Shown: piece after piece, positions 1-8,793 of the stretch
How the letters are laid out: every line of letters begins with the position of its first letter
Numbering within the stretch: the stretch's first letter is position 1
Virus record (IMG/VR): IMGVR_UViG_3300024051_000006
Location: 1-43,607 of that record
DNA: 43,607 nt
Source: a virus
Taxonomy: Duplodnaviria; Caudoviricetes
Reading direction: 5' to 3' (one strand)
Position numbers and translations under genes: made by a program
Notes under the pieces: generated by a model
Told to the model about the DNA's origin: nothing
Database searches by the model: none
What the model saw: the letters and a program-made list of their open reading frames with translations, nothing else

Positions 1-735
1 GGCATGGGCATCAAGGGGATCTCGGTGGCCTCGGGCGTCTCGACGGGCACGCTGTCCAAGATCATCTACGGCATGGTGCGCGAGGACGGCACGCGTCGTC
101 CGCCGTGCGCGACGGTGCACGAGCGCACCGCGCGCCGCGTCCTCGCGGTCGGCATCGACCAGGTGCGCGACGGTACCCGTGTCGACGCGCTCGGCACCCG
201 CCGTCGCGTGCAGGCGCTCGTCGCGTGCGGGTGGTCGCTGCCGCTCGTCGCGGAGGTCGCCGGCATCGACACGCAGGTGATGCACCGGCTCGACGATGCG
301 ACGCACGTCGAGGCCCGCACGGCCCGCGCCGTCGCCGCAGCCTACGACGAGCTGTGGAACGTCGCTCCGCCCGCCGCGACGAGGTGGGAGCGCGGCAGCA
401 TCGCGCGCGCACGGAACGTGGCCCGTAAGCGCGGGTACGCACCTCCGCTCGCGTGGGACGACATCGACGACCCGGCGTGCGTGCCGGACGTCGGCGAGAC
501 CTCGCGCGGGGTCGACCTCGACGAGTGGATGCACCTCGTGCGCGGCGGGGACATCCCCGAGGTCGCCGCGCAGAGGATCGGGAGCATGCTCGCCTACGTG
601 CGCCACGTCGCCAAGGAGCAGGGCCGCGCGGACGTGCTGCGCGCCATGGCCGAGCACGTCGTGCTCACCTCGACGCGCGCCGTCGAGATCGCGCGCGCCG
701 AGGCGCTGCTCTCCGACCTGAGGGCCGCGTCGTGA
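1..735 (+). CDS. HTH DNA-binding protein, C-terminal part (gene begins at 43232 and wraps the contig end)
   Basis: GIKGISVASGVSTGTLSKI HTH; GTRRRVQALVACGWS second HTH; PPLAWDDIDDP motif typical of actinophage proteins. Confidence 0.75.
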   Translation, partial: GMGIKGISVASGVSTGTLSKIIYGMVREDGTRRPPCATVHERTARRVLAVGIDQVRDGTRVDALGTRRRVQALVACGWSLPLVAEVAGIDTQVMHRLDDATHVEARTARAVAAAYDELWNVAPPAATRWERGSIARARNVARKRGYAPPLAWDDIDDPACVPDVGETSRGVDLDEWMHLVRGGDIPEVAAQRIGSMLAYVRHVAKEQGRADVLRAMAEHVVLTSTRAVEIARAEALLSDLRAAS

Positions 736-1217
736 GCGTCGACCTGGACCTGCTCGGGCACCTCGCGCTGCTCGACGCCACCGAGACGGCCGAGGAGTGG
801 GGGCACGGCGTGGCGACGTCGGGACCCATCGACCGATGGGCTGCGGACGGCGGCATCGAGCGCGTGTGGCTGTGCGAGTGCGGGCAGACGATCCCCGACC
901 GCGCATGGTCGCTGCACCTGACGACCTACCCCGACCCGCGCCCGATCCCGACGACGGTCCTCGGCACCACGACCGCGCTCGGCGAGCAGGGCCGCGCGCT
1001 GTGGACCGAACTCGCCCAGCAGGTCGGCGCGTGCATCGCCTGCGGGCACGCGCGCATCCACCACGGCATCCACGTCGACGTGCACAAGGAGTCCGGCCTC
1101 AACGGCGACTGCACGAGGTGCGGCTGCAACACGTACCGAGGCGACCCCATGCAGTACGAGCTCACGACAATCCGCGAGATCCAAGCCCGACGACGACGAG
1201 AGAGAGGTGCGGCGTGA
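732..1217 (+). CDS. Hypothetical protein (Cys/His-rich)
   Basis: GTG overlaps upstream stop (GTGA); CxC and CxxC motifs. Confidence 0.6.
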   Translation: MSVDLDLLGHLALLDATETAEEWGHGVATSGPIDRWAADGGIERVWLCECGQTIPDRAWSLHLTTYPDPRPIPTTVLGTTTALGEQGRALWTELAQQVGACIACGHARIHHGIHVDVHKESGLNGDCTRCGCNTYRGDPMQYELTTIREIQARRRRERGAA

Positions 1218-1723
1218 TGGACCTGCTCGACCACCTCGAGGAACTCCTCGCCGGAGAGCAGGCCCCCGCCCGCGCGTGGCACGACGTGAGCGAGAAGAGC
1301 GCCGTCTGGATCTGGTGCCACCTCCCGCCGCCGCGAAACTCCGCGTGCCACCTCAGGATCAACCTCGGCGGTCGGGACGCGATGTTCGGGCAGCCGGAGG
1401 ACTACCTCGGCACATGCTCGTGCGGCACGTGGAAGCCGGCGCTCATCCACGGCCGCGACGGGCGGGACGAACTGATCCATGCCTGGTGCGCGCATGCGTG
1501 GCGCGACGCCGGCACGACCACCCCCGTCGTCGTCGACGAGCGATCCGGCAGGCGCGTCAGCAAGCACACCCGCTGCGAGTGCGGCACGACGGCCTACGGG
1601 CCGTGCGGCGCACTCAATGCCACGACGAGCCACCTCCCTGACGGGCGATGGCTCACCACGTCCCACTGCAACTGCCGCGCGCTCGCGTGGCTCGAGATCT
1701 ACGGAACACGGAGCACCGCATGA
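1217..1723 (+). CDS. Hypothetical protein (Cys-rich)
   Basis: GAGG RBS, TGATG coupling. Confidence 0.6.
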   Translation: MDLLDHLEELLAGEQAPARAWHDVSEKSAVWIWCHLPPPRNSACHLRINLGGRDAMFGQPEDYLGTCSCGTWKPALIHGRDGRDELIHAWCAHAWRDAGTTTPVVVDERSGRRVSKHTRCECGTTAYGPCGALNATTSHLPDGRWLTTSHCNCRALAWLEIYGTRSTA

Positions 1724-2187
1724 CCTGGATCGACAACGCCGCGTGCGTCGGGGAGCCGTCGAGCACGTTCTACCTCGGCGACGGCGAGCACATGCGCCCG
1801 GGCCGCTTCGACCGGGCGCGCGACCTCTGCAGTGCGTGCCCGGTGCGGCAGGCGTGCCTCGACGACGCGCTCGAGCTCGAGAAGGGCTGGGGCTCGCACG
1901 GCTTCCGGGGTGGCCTCACCGCCGACGAGCGCATGAAGATCATCCGGCGCACCACGCAGTACCGCAAGCCCACACGCAAGCGCGTCCGGGCCGCGAAGTC
2001 GAAGCCCGAGCAGAAGCCAGCACCCCCACCGAAGCCGCCCGCCCCCAACGCCCGCACGCCCGAGCGCTACGAGGCCTGGCGCGCATCCCCCGCCTACGCC
2101 ATGACGCTCGCCGCCTACGAGGCGATCACCGACCACCCCGACCTCGCGCTCGCCGCGCGCCGACGAGCCCTCCTGGAGGCCGCATGA
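1720..2187 (+). CDS. whiB: WhiB family transcription factor
   Basis: W..AAC...F...CxxCPVxxxC...GFRGGLTADER WhiB signature. Confidence 0.9.
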   Translation: MTWIDNAACVGEPSSTFYLGDGEHMRPGRFDRARDLCSACPVRQACLDDALELEKGWGSHGFRGGLTADERMKIIRRTTQYRKPTRKRVRAAKSKPEQKPAPPPKPPAPNARTPERYEAWRASPAYAMTLAAYEAITDHPDLALAARRRALLEAA

Positions 2188-2420
2188 CCACCGTCTACAC
2201 CCAGCCCGCGTGCCAACCGTGCATCGCCACGAAGCGCGCGCTCACCAAGCGCGGCGTCGAGTTCCGTGAGGTCGACCTCACGACCGACCCCGACGCTCTC
2301 GAGACCGTCCGCGCGCTCGGACACACACAGGCCCCCGTCGTCGTCTCCGGCGACGCCCACTGGTCCGGCTTCCGACCCGACCGCATCGCCGCGCTCGCGG
2401 CAGAGAAGAGGACAGCATGA
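2184..2420 (+). CDS. nrdH: NrdH-like glutaredoxin
   Basis: VYTQPACQPC, QAPVV, HWSGFRPDRI. Confidence 0.93.
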   Translation: MTTVYTQPACQPCIATKRALTKRGVEFREVDLTTDPDALETVRALGHTQAPVVVSGDAHWSGFRPDRIAALAAEKRTA

Positions 2421-2818
2421 GCACCCCGATCACCGTCGTGGGCCGCATCGGCCAGGCCGAGCTGCGCTTCACGAGCGGCGGCAAGGCGGTCCTGAACGGG
2501 TCGGTCGCGAAGCAGAAGCGCTCCCGGAGCGCTGCTGGCGAGTGGGAGGACTCCGGCGTCGACTGGCACCGGTTCGCGCTCTGGGGCGCGAAGGCCGAGG
2601 CTGCCGCAGAGGTCGTGCAGAAGGGTGTCCTCGTCATCGTCACCGGCGACCTCGAGTCCCGCGACTACGAGACGCGTGACGGCGACAAGCGCACCGTGTG
2701 GGAGATCCGCGCCCAGGAGGTCGGCGTCATCCCGACCGCCCGGACGTCCGCTCGTGCCGCCGCGCCAGCCACCGACCCGTGGGCCGCCGACCGAGCGCCG
2801 CAGGAGCCGCCGTGGTGA
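2417..2818 (+). CDS. ssb: Single-stranded DNA-binding protein
   Basis: ITVVGRIG..ELRFT..GKAV, OB-fold pattern, EPPW C-terminus. Confidence 0.93.
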   Translation: MSTPITVVGRIGQAELRFTSGGKAVLNGSVAKQKRSRSAAGEWEDSGVDWHRFALWGAKAEAAAEVVQKGVLVIVTGDLESRDYETRDGDKRTVWEIRAQEVGVIPTARTSARAAAPATDPWAADRAPQEPPW

Positions 2819-3039
2819 CCGGCCGCGAGACCAACATCCGCCTCTCGTGCGCGCTGCCGACCGTCGCGGTCGTCCTCGCGCTCGTCGTGCTCGTCGCGAA
2901 GATCCTCGGCGCGCCGATCTCGTGGTGGCTCGTCGCCGCAGCGCTCATGCTGCCCGGCGTGCTCACCCTGCTCGCGTTCGCCCTCGCGATGATCGTCGTC
3001 GCGCTCATCGCCCTCATCGGCGACACCAGCCGCCGCTAG
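2815..3039 (+). CDS. Small membrane protein
   Basis: Hydrophobic 2-3 TM; KILGAPISWWLV. Confidence 0.65.
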   Translation: MTGRETNIRLSCALPTVAVVLALVVLVAKILGAPISWWLVAAALMLPGVLTLLAFALAMIVVALIALIGDTSRR

Positions 3040-3047
3040 CCCGCACG

Positions 3048-3093
3048 CACCGAGGCCCGCACGTCCGCCCACGACGAGCGGGCCTCGGCGTGT
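3048..3093 (+). terminator. Putative hairpin terminator
   Basis: CCGAGGCCCGC...GCGGGCCTCGG inverted repeat after gene stop. Confidence 0.5.
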
Positions 3094-3112
3094 CCGAAGA
3101 ATCGAGACATCC

Positions 3113-3484
3113 GTGCACACCGTCACCATGACCATCGGCGCGGCGAACCTGCTCACGGCCAACCAGCGCATGCACCACCACGAGCGAGCGCGCATCGTCC
3201 GCATCCTGCGCCGCGCGGCCGCCGATGCCGCCGCATCCCAGGGCGCGCCCCGCCTCGAGCGGGCGCACATCGTCGTGCACGTCGCATGGCCCGACCGACG
3301 TCGACGCGACGCGCACAACCTCTACGTCACGGCGAAGGCCTGCATCGACGGACTCGTCGACTACGGCCTCATCCCCGACGACGACGACACGCACCTCATC
3401 GGCCCAGACTTCCGCGTCGACCCCGAGCTCTCGGGCATCCGGCGCGCTACCCGCCTCACGTTCCACATCAAGGAGGTCCCGTGA
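3113..3484 (+). CDS. RusA-like Holliday junction resolvase
   Basis: RRRDAHN...KACIDGLVDYGLIPDDD motif. Confidence 0.8.
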   Translation: MHTVTMTIGAANLLTANQRMHHHERARIVRILRRAAADAAASQGAPRLERAHIVVHVAWPDRRRRDAHNLYVTAKACIDGLVDYGLIPDDDDTHLIGPDFRVDPELSGIRRATRLTFHIKEVP

Positions 3485-3747
3485 CCCGCTACCGCACCCG
3501 CTCGGCACCTGTCGACGCGATCCGCTACCGACCCGGCCCCGGCGGCAACTGCGCCGAGGTCGCGGCGTTCATCGACGACGACGTCGAGCACGACGACCGC
3601 GCATGCACGCCCGAGCAGCCGCTCGAGGTGTTCACCGTCGCCGGCTGGGCGAGCGCGCTCCCCGGCGACTGGATCACCCGGGAGCGCGACGGACTCGGCC
3701 TCTACGGCGACGAGCGCTTCCACGAGCTCTTCGAGGAGGCCTCGTGA
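3481..3747 (+). CDS. Hypothetical protein
   Basis: AAGGAGG RBS; PVDAIRY...GDWITRE common phage domain. Confidence 0.7.
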   Translation: MTRYRTRSAPVDAIRYRPGPGGNCAEVAAFIDDDVEHDDRACTPEQPLEVFTVAGWASALPGDWITRERDGLGLYGDERFHELFEEAS

Positions 3748-3863
3748 CGCTCTCCACGTGCGCGCTGTGCGGCCTCAAGTTCGACCCGGAGAGCGCCGAC
3801 GAGCGCCGCCGGCACCGCCTTCTGTACGGCCACACGCCGTCCGCGCGACCGAGATCGGAGTAG
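3744..3863 (+). CDS. Small hypothetical protein (CxxC...H)
   Basis: GTGA coupling, fills the gap between genes. Confidence 0.45.
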   Translation: MTLSTCALCGLKFDPESADERRRHRLLYGHTPSARPRSE

Positions 3864-3865
3864 TC

Positions 3866-4243
3866 ATGGCCTGGGGAAAGGTCGACGACCGATTGCACTC
3901 CCACCCCAAGTGGAGACGCGCCAGTAAGGGCGCGCGAGCCCTCTGGACCACAGCACTGTCCTGGTGCTCGTCGTTCCCGTCAGACGGCATCGTGCCCGCA
4001 CACATGCTCGCCGCCCTCGATGGCACGACCGCCGAGGCGAAGTCGCTCGTCGAGGCTGGGCTATGGGTCGAGCGCAACGACGGATGGGCCTTCCACGAGT
4101 GGTCCGAACGCAACCCGGACGCGAGCTCGCTCATCGCCAAGAAGGCCGCGATGAGCGAAGGAGGCGCGCACGGGCTGCACACGAGGTGGCACGTGAAGCG
4201 CAACCTCTACGTGCCTGGCTGCGAGTGGTGCAAGCGGACATAG
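3866..4243 (+). CDS. Replication initiator (RepA-like N-terminal domain)
   Basis: MAWGKVDDRLHSHPK...ALW...LVEAGLW...GWAFHEW..RNP actinophage Rep motif. Confidence 0.75.
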   Translation: MAWGKVDDRLHSHPKWRRASKGARALWTTALSWCSSFPSDGIVPAHMLAALDGTTAEAKSLVEAGLWVERNDGWAFHEWSERNPDASSLIAKKAAMSEGGAHGLHTRWHVKRNLYVPGCEWCKRT

Positions 4244-4440
4244 TCCCGTGCCCTATCGATAGCCCACCCAATAGCCCCCCCTATAGGGAGGGCTATTGCC
4301 CTCCGTAATGGCCCCCGAATACTCCGTACCCGTACCCGTACCCAGGGGCTATCGCTGTCGTCTCTAGTTCCGTACAGAGATAGATCCAGTCAGACGTCAA
4401 ATCGTCACTTACGTAACGCGCGAGGCCGCGACGGATTGAC
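4244..4440. promoter_or_regulatory. Putative replication origin / iteron region
   Basis: AT-richer spacer after rep; repeated ATAGCCC/GGGCTAT; palindromes CTATCGATAG and CCCTATAGGG; tandem CCGTAC x3. Confidence 0.55.
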
Positions 4441-4461
4441 GCCTGACACGAAGGAGAATCC

Positions 4462-4872
4462 ATGCCCACCCGCGACGAGATCGAGCGCATCGCGGCCGCG
4501 ATGAACGCGATCCGACCCGCCTGGGCCGTTCGCTCGCTCGTCACCTACCTCGAGCGCCACCACGCCGCGCGCACGTACCGAGACCTGGCCGTCGCGGGCG
4601 TCATCGTCGCGCTCGACGAGCGCACGCAGACGCCGAAGCTGCTCGAGCAGCACGGCCCGTGGTGGGCGGCCAGCGCCCCGCCGGGCGACACGGGCGGACC
4701 GCCGGCCCCCAAGTGCCCCCACCCCGGCCACACGTCCTACCCGGCCCACAACTGCGGCGCGTGCCGCAGCGAAGGCCTCGAGACCACCGCCCCTCGCGAC
4801 ACCCGTCCGAGGGGCGTTCCCATGCCCGCGACCGTGCGGGCCCAGATCGACCGACTGAGGAGAATGTCATGA
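4462..4872 (+). CDS. Hypothetical replication-associated protein (C-terminal Zn finger)
   Basis: AAGGAG RBS; RPAW...TP motifs, CPHPGH...CGAC. Confidence 0.7.
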   Translation: MPTRDEIERIAAAMNAIRPAWAVRSLVTYLERHHAARTYRDLAVAGVIVALDERTQTPKLLEQHGPWWAASAPPGDTGGPPAPKCPHPGHTSYPAHNCGACRSEGLETTAPRDTRPRGVPMPATVRAQIDRLRRMS

Positions 4873-5213
4873 CCAGAACGATCACGACGGCTGCCGAGCT
4901 CGCCGCGCTGCCCGTGGGGAGCGTGGTGCGTGGTGCCAAGCTCTGGTACGGCCCTGCGGCCGTGATCTACGTCCGGCAGGAGGAGTTCTGGTACTGCGGC
5001 TGGGGCGTTGAGGAGGAGGCGCAGGTCGTCCTCCCCGTCGTCGTCCTGCACGACCCGTCCGCGCCGGTCGTCCGGGAGGTGTCCTGCGAGGACGTGGCCG
5101 ACGTGCTGTGCGGCAACACCGGGTGCTCGTGCGCCGTGTGCGCCGATAGCGCCCGGCACCTCGCCGACGACCTCCTCGCGCGCTTCGTCATCACCGAGAG
5201 GGGCGAGCGATGA
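4869..5213 (+). CDS. Hypothetical protein
   Basis: GAGGAG RBS; ITTAAELAALPVGSVV motif common in actinophages. Confidence 0.65.
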   Translation: MTRTITTAAELAALPVGSVVRGAKLWYGPAAVIYVRQEEFWYCGWGVEEEAQVVLPVVVLHDPSAPVVREVSCEDVADVLCGNTGCSCAVCADSARHLADDLLARFVITERGER

Positions 5214-5688
5214 GCAACCACCTCGTGACGCTCGTCCGCGACCGCGCCGTCGCGGCCGACGAGCACAGGCAGCACCGTAAGGCCGCGAGTGCGGCGCAGG
5301 CACGCTACGAGGCGCTCGGTGACCGGATCGCCCAGGAGCGCGCCCGGCTCGCCCAGGAGACCGCGTCCGCGCCCGACGCGGTGGTCGTGTGGCGCGACGA
5401 GGACGGCCTCGTGGCCGGGTGCACGGCATGCGACTGGACGCTGACGCTCGAGCGCATCGACGTCCTCGACCGCATCCCGGACTGGCATGCGGACGCGCAC
5501 CGGTACGGGCAGCGCGTCACCGTCAACGGTCGGGGGCTCTCCGCGCGCTGGGGGGGGCTTCCGGTGTCGTGTACGACGTCCTGGCCAGGTCGACGCGCGG
5601 GCGGGACGAGGTGCTCGTCGCGCTCGACGACGGCGCGTGGTGGGGCTTCTCGCGCAAGCATCTGGACTCGGCGGAGGTGATCCCGTGA
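5210..5688 (+). CDS. Hypothetical protein, probably frameshifted at G8 tract 5550-5557
   Basis: 0-frame ends at 5680; the -1 frame after the G tract looks more protein-like and ends at 5688, coupled to the next gene. Confidence 0.5.
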
Positions 5689-6122
5689 GCGCCCTGTTTG
5701 AGGCCGCGACGCTCTTCGACATCGACCCTGACCCCGCGCCCGCGGTCACCTCGGGCGTCGACTGGGACCGGCTCGACGGCCTCGCGTTCCTGTACACCGC
5801 GACGGCGAAGGGCACCTCCACCGGCATCCGCTTCGCCGCGAGCATCGCCGACGCCCAGCGGTGGTGCTCCTCCGACGTATCTCGCGGCGTCATCCGCGGG
5901 ACCGCATGGGCGTACATGTGGACCTCGGCGTCGAACTACATTCGCCACCACTCCGGCGACGGCAGCGTCTACGGCGTCGGCACGCCTCGCATCGACCTGA
6001 CCGGCTGCACGGACAACGGCGAGTGGGACGACCGGATCGCCGCCGAGGGCGTGACAAAGATCGCGCTCGACGAGCTGGCGCAGATCCTCCGCGACTGCGG
6101 CGTCCAGGTGAGTGGGCGATGA
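5685..6122 (+). CDS. Hypothetical protein
   Basis: GGAGG RBS, GTGA coupling. Confidence 0.65.
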   Translation: MSALFEAATLFDIDPDPAPAVTSGVDWDRLDGLAFLYTATAKGTSTGIRFAASIADAQRWCSSDVSRGVIRGTAWAYMWTSASNYIRHHSGDGSVYGVGTPRIDLTGCTDNGEWDDRIAAEGVTKIALDELAQILRDCGVQVSGR

Positions 6123-6562
6123 CGATGCTGACCGTCGAGACCTACGTCCAGTGGCGCGACCGTGCGGTGCGCGAGATCGCCGAGGAGTACGAGCTCACGC
6201 TCGCCGAGGCGCGCGCCGAGACCCCGCCCTCGATGGTCTCCGAGGGCGAGTGGTGGCGGTACGTGCTGCACGCCGTCGAGTGCGGCGCGACCGTGACGAC
6301 GAGCCTGCTGCGGTCCCTGTCGGACGCGCAGTGGCGAGACCTGGCGCTCACGCAGCGCCTGCGCGCGGACGACGCGCTCCGTGCGGACTGGGGGCGGGCG
6401 CGTGCGGGCTGGACTGCCGCCGAGCGCCGCGCCATGACCGCCCACACCGTCGACCCGTCGCTCGGTCCCGGCTGCACGCGTTGTGCCGCCCTCCCCGACG
6501 ATCCCGGCCCGTGCGACCCGCCCGAGCCGTACCACCCGACCGAGAAGGAGACCGACCGATGA
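6119..6562 (+). CDS. Hypothetical protein
   Basis: ATGA coupling, GC3-rich frame. Confidence 0.6.
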   Translation: MTMLTVETYVQWRDRAVREIAEEYELTLAEARAETPPSMVSEGEWWRYVLHAVECGATVTTSLLRSLSDAQWRDLALTQRLRADDALRADWGRARAGWTAAERRAMTAHTVDPSLGPGCTRCAALPDDPGPCDPPEPYHPTEKETDR

Positions 6563-6843
6563 CGCTGCGACCCGTGACCTACTTCGAGGTCGCCTGCGAC
6601 CACGAGGGCTGCGAGGTGAAGACTGGCGACCTCGCCGACTACTCCGGGTGGCTGGGGGCCAGCCATGCCGTTGAGGACTGGGAGGACAGCGGCGGGCAGA
6701 CCGTGGGCGACCGCCACTACTGCCCGGACCACCGCGTGCCGGAGTGCTGCGAGTGCGACGCGACCGACGGCCTCGTCGAGGGCCACGTCGACGGCGACAT
6801 GTACTGCCCGACGCACATCCTGACCGTGAGGAGTGCCCCGTGA
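6559..6843 (+). CDS. Hypothetical Cys-rich protein
   Basis: AAGGAG RBS; CD..GC, YCPDH, YCPTH motifs. Confidence 0.65.
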   Translation: MTLRPVTYFEVACDHEGCEVKTGDLADYSGWLGASHAVEDWEDSGGQTVGDRHYCPDHRVPECCECDATDGLVEGHVDGDMYCPTHILTVRSAP

Positions 6844-7325
6844 CCGACATCCTGCCGAGCTTGGACGCGATCCAGGCACGAGCCGACGCCGCCACCGAAG
6901 GACCGTGGGACGACGAGGACTGCGAGGGCGAACTCTCCGTCCGCGCCGGAACTGCCATCACCCAGTGGAAGACGCTCCCGAGCGGGACGCGCATGGGCAC
7001 GCCTGCCTCGTCGTGGAAGTCGTCCGACCTCATCGCGGAGTGGGACCTCGACACCTGGGACTGGGGCGAGGACCCGAACGACGACCAGCGTCGCCAGGAC
7101 GCCGAGTTCATCGCCGCCGCTCGCACTGACGTGCCCGCGCTCGTCGCTGCCCTCCGCGCCGCGCTCGCGCTCCACCGTGGAGGTGCTGAGGTGCTGGGCT
7201 ACGACGAGGAGGGCGTCTACGGCTACGTCCCCGCGTGCGTCGAGTGCGGCCACGCGGTGCCCTGCCCGACCGTCCGCGCGGTCACCGCGCACATCGACAC
7301 CACCCCGAAGGAGGACGGACGATGA
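6840..7325 (+). CDS. Ead/Ea22-like protein
   Basis: LDAIQARADAATEGPW...DAEFIAAARTDVPALV motif. Confidence 0.7.
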   Translation: MTDILPSLDAIQARADAATEGPWDDEDCEGELSVRAGTAITQWKTLPSGTRMGTPASSWKSSDLIAEWDLDTWDWGEDPNDDQRRQDAEFIAAARTDVPALVAALRAALALHRGGAEVLGYDEEGVYGYVPACVECGHAVPCPTVRAVTAHIDTTPKEDGR

Positions 7326-7705
7326 GCGAACACCTGACGCCGCTCCGCGCGGCCTACATCACGCAGTTGGAGCGCACCTACCGGAGATTCTCGCGAGGCA
7401 TCCCCACCCCTGAGCAGTGCCACGCTTGGGAGGCTGACGCCGACGCGATCATCGCCGCCCACGACGCCGAGGTGCGGGCGACCGCCACGCGCGAGGAGCG
7501 CTGGCGGTGCATCGCCCTCCTCCGGAAGAAGTTCGGCATCACGAACCGCGCCGCGGGCTGGCTCGACCGAGAGGTTGGGCGCTGGCCTGACCAGGTCCGC
7601 GCCGAGGCGTGGGACGAGGGGCACGAGGCCGGGACCATCAACGCGCACGAGCACCGGCACGGGCGACGCATGACCAACCCCTACCGCGAGGGAGGTGCGT
7701 CGTGA
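7322..7705 (+). CDS. Hypothetical protein
   Basis: AAGGAGG RBS; AEAWDEG...NPYR motif. Confidence 0.65.
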   Translation: MSEHLTPLRAAYITQLERTYRRFSRGIPTPEQCHAWEADADAIIAAHDAEVRATATREERWRCIALLRKKFGITNRAAGWLDREVGRWPDQVRAEAWDEGHEAGTINAHEHRHGRRMTNPYREGGAS

Positions 7706-7882
7706 GTGCGAACAGGCTCGTAGCGATCTTCGGCATCCTCCTCGCCGTCGCGTACACGGTCGGCGCGGTGCTGTTCATGCTCGCCGACCGTCACGGGCTC
7801 GCCGCATGGTGGTCGTTCCTGGCCCTCTGGTCCGTCGCGCTCGCGGCGGCGTGGTGGCGGCGCGAGGGAGGTGCGTCGTGAG
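7685..7882 (+). repeat. 22-bp direct repeat CGCGAGGGAGGTGCGTCGTGAG (7685-7706 and 7861-7882)
   Basis: Exact copies at two consecutive gene junctions. Confidence 0.9.
7702..7881 (+). CDS. Small 2-TM membrane protein
   Basis: GGAGG RBS, hydrophobic 59 aa. Confidence 0.65.
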   Translation: MSANRLVAIFGILLAVAYTVGAVLFMLADRHGLAAWWSFLALWSVALAAAWWRREGGAS

Positions 7883-8342
7883 CGACTGGGCGAGCACGAC
7901 CGCCGAGGAGAACGCGCGCCTCAACCTCCGGCACCTCGACGAGCTGACGCTGGCCGTCTGCTACCTCCGTGACGGCACCTACTCCAAGCGTCGGTTCCTC
8001 GACGAGGCCGAGTGGATCGCGGACGAGTACAGCCCCAGCCGTGTCGCCGAGCGACGCCGGAGGGTCGAGGATGCCAGACGGGAGCTGCGCCGCGACCGAC
8101 CGCGCCTCGTGTCCCCCAAGTACGCGAGGCTCAACCCGCGCCGACTCGTCGTCATCCGCGACACGGACGCCGAGGGGTGGCCCGAGTGGATGATCTACCG
8201 CGGTGCCCAGGACCTCAGCACCCACCCCACCCACGCCGAGGCGATCACCGCCGCGCAGCGGATCGCACGGGAGCGCGTCTACACCGCCTGGACGACCCCG
8301 GACAGCGGCACCCGCGCCGACTACGGGCTCATGGTCGGGTGA
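7878..8342 (+). CDS. Hypothetical protein
   Basis: GGAGG RBS, GTGA coupling. Confidence 0.6.
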   Translation: MSDWASTTAEENARLNLRHLDELTLAVCYLRDGTYSKRRFLDEAEWIADEYSPSRVAERRRRVEDARRELRRDRPRLVSPKYARLNPRRLVVIRDTDAEGWPEWMIYRGAQDLSTHPTHAEAITAAQRIARERVYTAWTTPDSGTRADYGLMVG

Positions 8343-8344
8343 CC

Positions 8345-8449
8345 ATGAGCGGCTACACCATCCACGCCGTCTGCCGCTGGCACCACGGACGGGCACCCCA
8401 CTGCACCATCTGCGGCGACCCCTGGCCCTGCCGACGAGTCCGCACCTGA
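8345..8449 (+). CDS. Tiny Cys/His-rich protein
   Basis: MSGYTIHAVCRWHH...CTICGDPWPC. Confidence 0.45.
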   Translation: MSGYTIHAVCRWHHGRAPHCTICGDPWPCRRVRT

Positions 8450-8454
8450 CCCGA

Positions 8455-8486
8455 GCGGCCCCGCACCACACCGGGTGCGGGGCCGC
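8455..8486 (+). terminator. Hairpin terminator
   Basis: GCGGCCCCGCACC...GGTGCGGGGCCGC. Confidence 0.6.
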
Positions 8487-8511
8487 AGCCATGACCACGA
8501 AAGGAGCACGC

Positions 8512-8793
8512 ATGACCGACGACGAGCGCGACGAGGCGATCGACGCCGAGTGCGACCTCATCCGGGGCGCACTCACCCGCCTCGCGCTTCTGCGCAACCC
8601 CGACTACGACGACGACCCGCCCTACGTCATCGGCTGGACCGCCACCGTCGAGTGGACCAACACCGAGCTCGAGCGCAACGGCCAGGGCGGTGTGTTCACC
8701 GAGGCACCACGTGGACAGTCGCTCTCCGCCAGCCGCGGCCTCGGCGAGTTCGCCGTCGACGCCTACCGCATGCCACCTGAGGAGGCCCCGTGA
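8512..8793 (+). CDS. Hypothetical protein
   Basis: AAAGGAG RBS. Confidence 0.65.
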   Translation: MTDDERDEAIDAECDLIRGALTRLALLRNPDYDDDPPYVIGWTATVEWTNTELERNGQGGVFTEAPRGQSLSASRGLGEFAVDAYRMPPEEAP

